From the NCBI GenBank assembly GCA_030390025.1, contig CM059432.1, positions 43,278,001 to 43,342,000 on the forward strand: a stretch of DNA of 64,000 nt, written 5' to 3'. The notes under the pieces were generated by a model that worked only from the letters and a program-made list of their open reading frames with translations, did no database searches and was not told the DNA's origin. This stretch comes from Squalus acanthias (Eukaryota). The position numbers and the translations under genes are program-made. Positions 61,578 through 64,000 of the stretch are shown piece after piece (the first letter of the stretch is position 1; the number at the start of each line of letters is the position of its first letter).

Positions 61578-64000
61578 GAGGCATACAATGTTGCGAAGAT
61601 TAGTGGTAGGCCAGAGGATTGGGAAAATTTTAGAAACCAGCAAAGGATGACTAAAAAAATAATAAAGAGGGAGAAGATAGATTATGAAAGTAAACTAGCA
61701 AAAAATATAAAAACAGACAGTAAGAGCTTCTACAGGTATATAAAAGCGAAGAGAGTAACTAAAGTAAATGTTGGTCCCTTAGAGGATGGGACTGGGGAAT
61801 TAATAATGGGAAACAGGGAAATGGCAGGGACTTTGAACAAATATTTTGTATCGGTCTTCACGGTAGAAGACACTAAAAGCATCCCAATAATAATTGATAA
61901 TCAAGGGGCTATAAGGAGGGACAAACTTAAAACAATGACTATCACTAGAGAAAAAGTACTAGGCAAACTAATGGGACTAAAGGCTGACAAGTCCCCTGGA
62001 CCTGATGGCCTACATCCTAGGGTCTTAAAAGAAGTGGCTGCAGAGATAGTAGATGCGTTGGTTGTAATCTACCAAAATTCCCTGGATTCTGGAGAGGTCC
62101 CAGTGGATTGGAAAACCGCAAATGTAACGCCCCTATTCAAGAAAGGAGGGAAGCAAAAACCAGAAAACTATAGGCTAATTAGCCTACCATCTATTATTGG
62201 GAAAATGCTGGAATCTATTATTAAGGAAGTAATAGCAGGACATTTAGAAAATTATAATACAATCAAGTCAACATGGTTTTATGAAAGGGAAATCGTGTTT
62301 GACAAATTTACTAGAGTTCTTTGAGGATGTAACGAGTAGGGTGGATAAAGGGGAACCAGTAGATGTAGTGTATTTGAATTTCCAGAAGGCATTCGATAAG
62401 GTGCCACATAAAAGGTTACTGCACAAGATAAGAGCTCACGGGGTTGGGGGTAATATATTAGCATGGATAGAGGATTGGCTAACTAACAGAAAACAAAGAA
62501 TCGGGATAAATGGGTCATTTTCCGGTTGGCAAACTGTAACTAGTGGGGTGCCACAGGGATCAGTGCTGGGGCCTCAACTATTTACAATCTATATTAATGA
62601 CTTGGATGAAGGGACCGTGTGTATTGTAGCCAAATTTGCTGATGAAACAAAGATAGGTGGGAAAGCAAGTTGTGAGGAGGACACAAAGGGCTGGATTTTG
62701 TCTTGGGGTCGGGTTGGGGTCGTGTCATCCGCATTTCGTGTTTCCCCCCCGACTCCAGATTAATGTGGATGAATGATGCAATTTTCACTTAATTGGGCAA
62801 TTGAGTTCCAGCATGTGGGAACCCATGAACTAATTAGTGGTTTCAGTCTGAAAGTCGCCTCTGATGATGTCATCATTGCTGCTGCCTGGTCTCAGAGACT
62901 GACTGGATGTTGGTGAGAGAGGACCTGCCTGGCCTTTGCTGTGAGTGGGCCTGGATGCAAAATGGAGAGAGAGAGAGAGAGAAAGATTTTTTTCCATCCA
63001 AGTCCTCTCATAGCAAAGGCCATACAGTCTCTGAAGACATTCAATGCAGCAGCATCAGAGGCAACTTTCAGACCTAATACTACCTTCATCACATCTCCAT
63101 TGTAATAGTGGACCTGCAGCTGATAGTCAGCTATCCACTTGTGCTCCCGCCAGGTTTCACTGGAGTGTTTCACATCAGGCGTACTTCACGTCAGAAAAGG
63201 GTTAAACTAGCTAAAACGCTTCAAAATGGCATTACAGAGCCAATTTAGGGCTTGTTAAGGGCTTTAATGGCCTCTCCCGCCTCTTGGAGGCGGGACGGAG
63301 TCGGGAACGCCGCGACTGATTTTGTCAAAATTGCGTGGAGGCGGGATGGAGTCGGGATGGGGTCGGGATCCCCGACCCTGCAAATTTAACCCCCCACACG
63401 CCTCCAAACCCGACTCCATGGGTCATTCAAAATCCAGCCCAAAGAGTCTGCAAAGGGATATAGATAAGTTAAGTGAGTGGGCAAAAATTTGGCAGATGGA
63501 GTATAACGTGGGAAATTATGAGGTTATCCACTTTGGTAGGAAAAATAAAAAAGCAAATTATTATTTAAATGGAGAGAGACTACATAATGCTGCGGTACAG
63601 AGGGATCTGGGGGTCCTTGTACATGAAACACAAAAAGTTAGCATGCAGGTACAGCAAGTAATTAGGAAGGCAAATAGAATGTTGGCCTTTATTGCAAAGG
63701 GAATGGAGTATAAAAGCAGGGAAGTCCTGTTACAACTGTACAGGGTGCTGGTGAAACCACACCTGGAATACTGCATGCAATTTTGGTCTCCTTATTTAAG
63801 GAGGGATATACTTGCATTGGAGGCAGTTCAGAAAAGATTCACTAGGTTAATTCCTGAGATGAAGGGGTTGTCTTATGAAGAAAGGTTGAGCAGGTTGGGC
63901 CTATACTCATTGGAGTTTAGAAGAATGAGAGGTGATCGTATTGAAACATATAAGATTCTGAGGGGGCTTGACAGGGTAGATGCAGAGAGGATGTTTCCCC
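61578..64000 (+). mobile_element. CR1 LINE ORF2, MITE-interrupted, running off the window end
   Basis: KSPGPDGLHP, FQKAFDKV, GVPQGSVLGP, KFADE; highly similar to the reverse complement of 44036-46112. Confidence 0.95.
62688..63440. mobile_element. Harbinger MITE inserted in CR1
   Basis: Perfect 13-bp TIR gggctggattttg / caaaatccagccc; TSD AAA; removing it restores DTKSLQRDID. Confidence 0.92.

Noticed and set aside
61485..62324. Novel chimeric 279-aa protein
   Set aside because: Chance in-frame junction of an L2-like fragment and a 5'-truncated CR1

Overview
Vertebrate nuclear DNA, most likely from a cartilaginous fish (shark). The evidence is HE1-like V-SINE, SacSINE1-like DeuSINE and HER1/CR1-type LINE sequence. 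The window is dominated by decayed, often nested transposable elements: many CR1 fragments, a near full-length CR1/L2-group LINE with a tRNA-like 5' head, a Penelope-like RT+GIY-YIG retroelement with target-site duplications (TSDs), an RTE 3' end, several tRNA-derived SINEs, and a PIF/Harbinger population. The Harbinger population comprises one two-gene element with TIRs and TSD, several Myb/SANT and HARBI1-like relics, and about eight MITE-like derivatives. In the unique DNA I see small minus-strand exon candidates whose phases join into one unidentified protein, so the window is probably mostly intron of a large minus-strand gene; this is inference and I cannot name the gene. I found no intact autonomous element, no CRISPR array and no bona fide tRNA or rRNA gene. 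I cannot support a claim of a wholly new biological system. The best leads are the tRNA-headed LINE with its matching SINE, the unidentified spliced gene, and the Harbinger/MITE population. Family names come from recalled consensus similarity, not database searches. Coordinates were read by eye.
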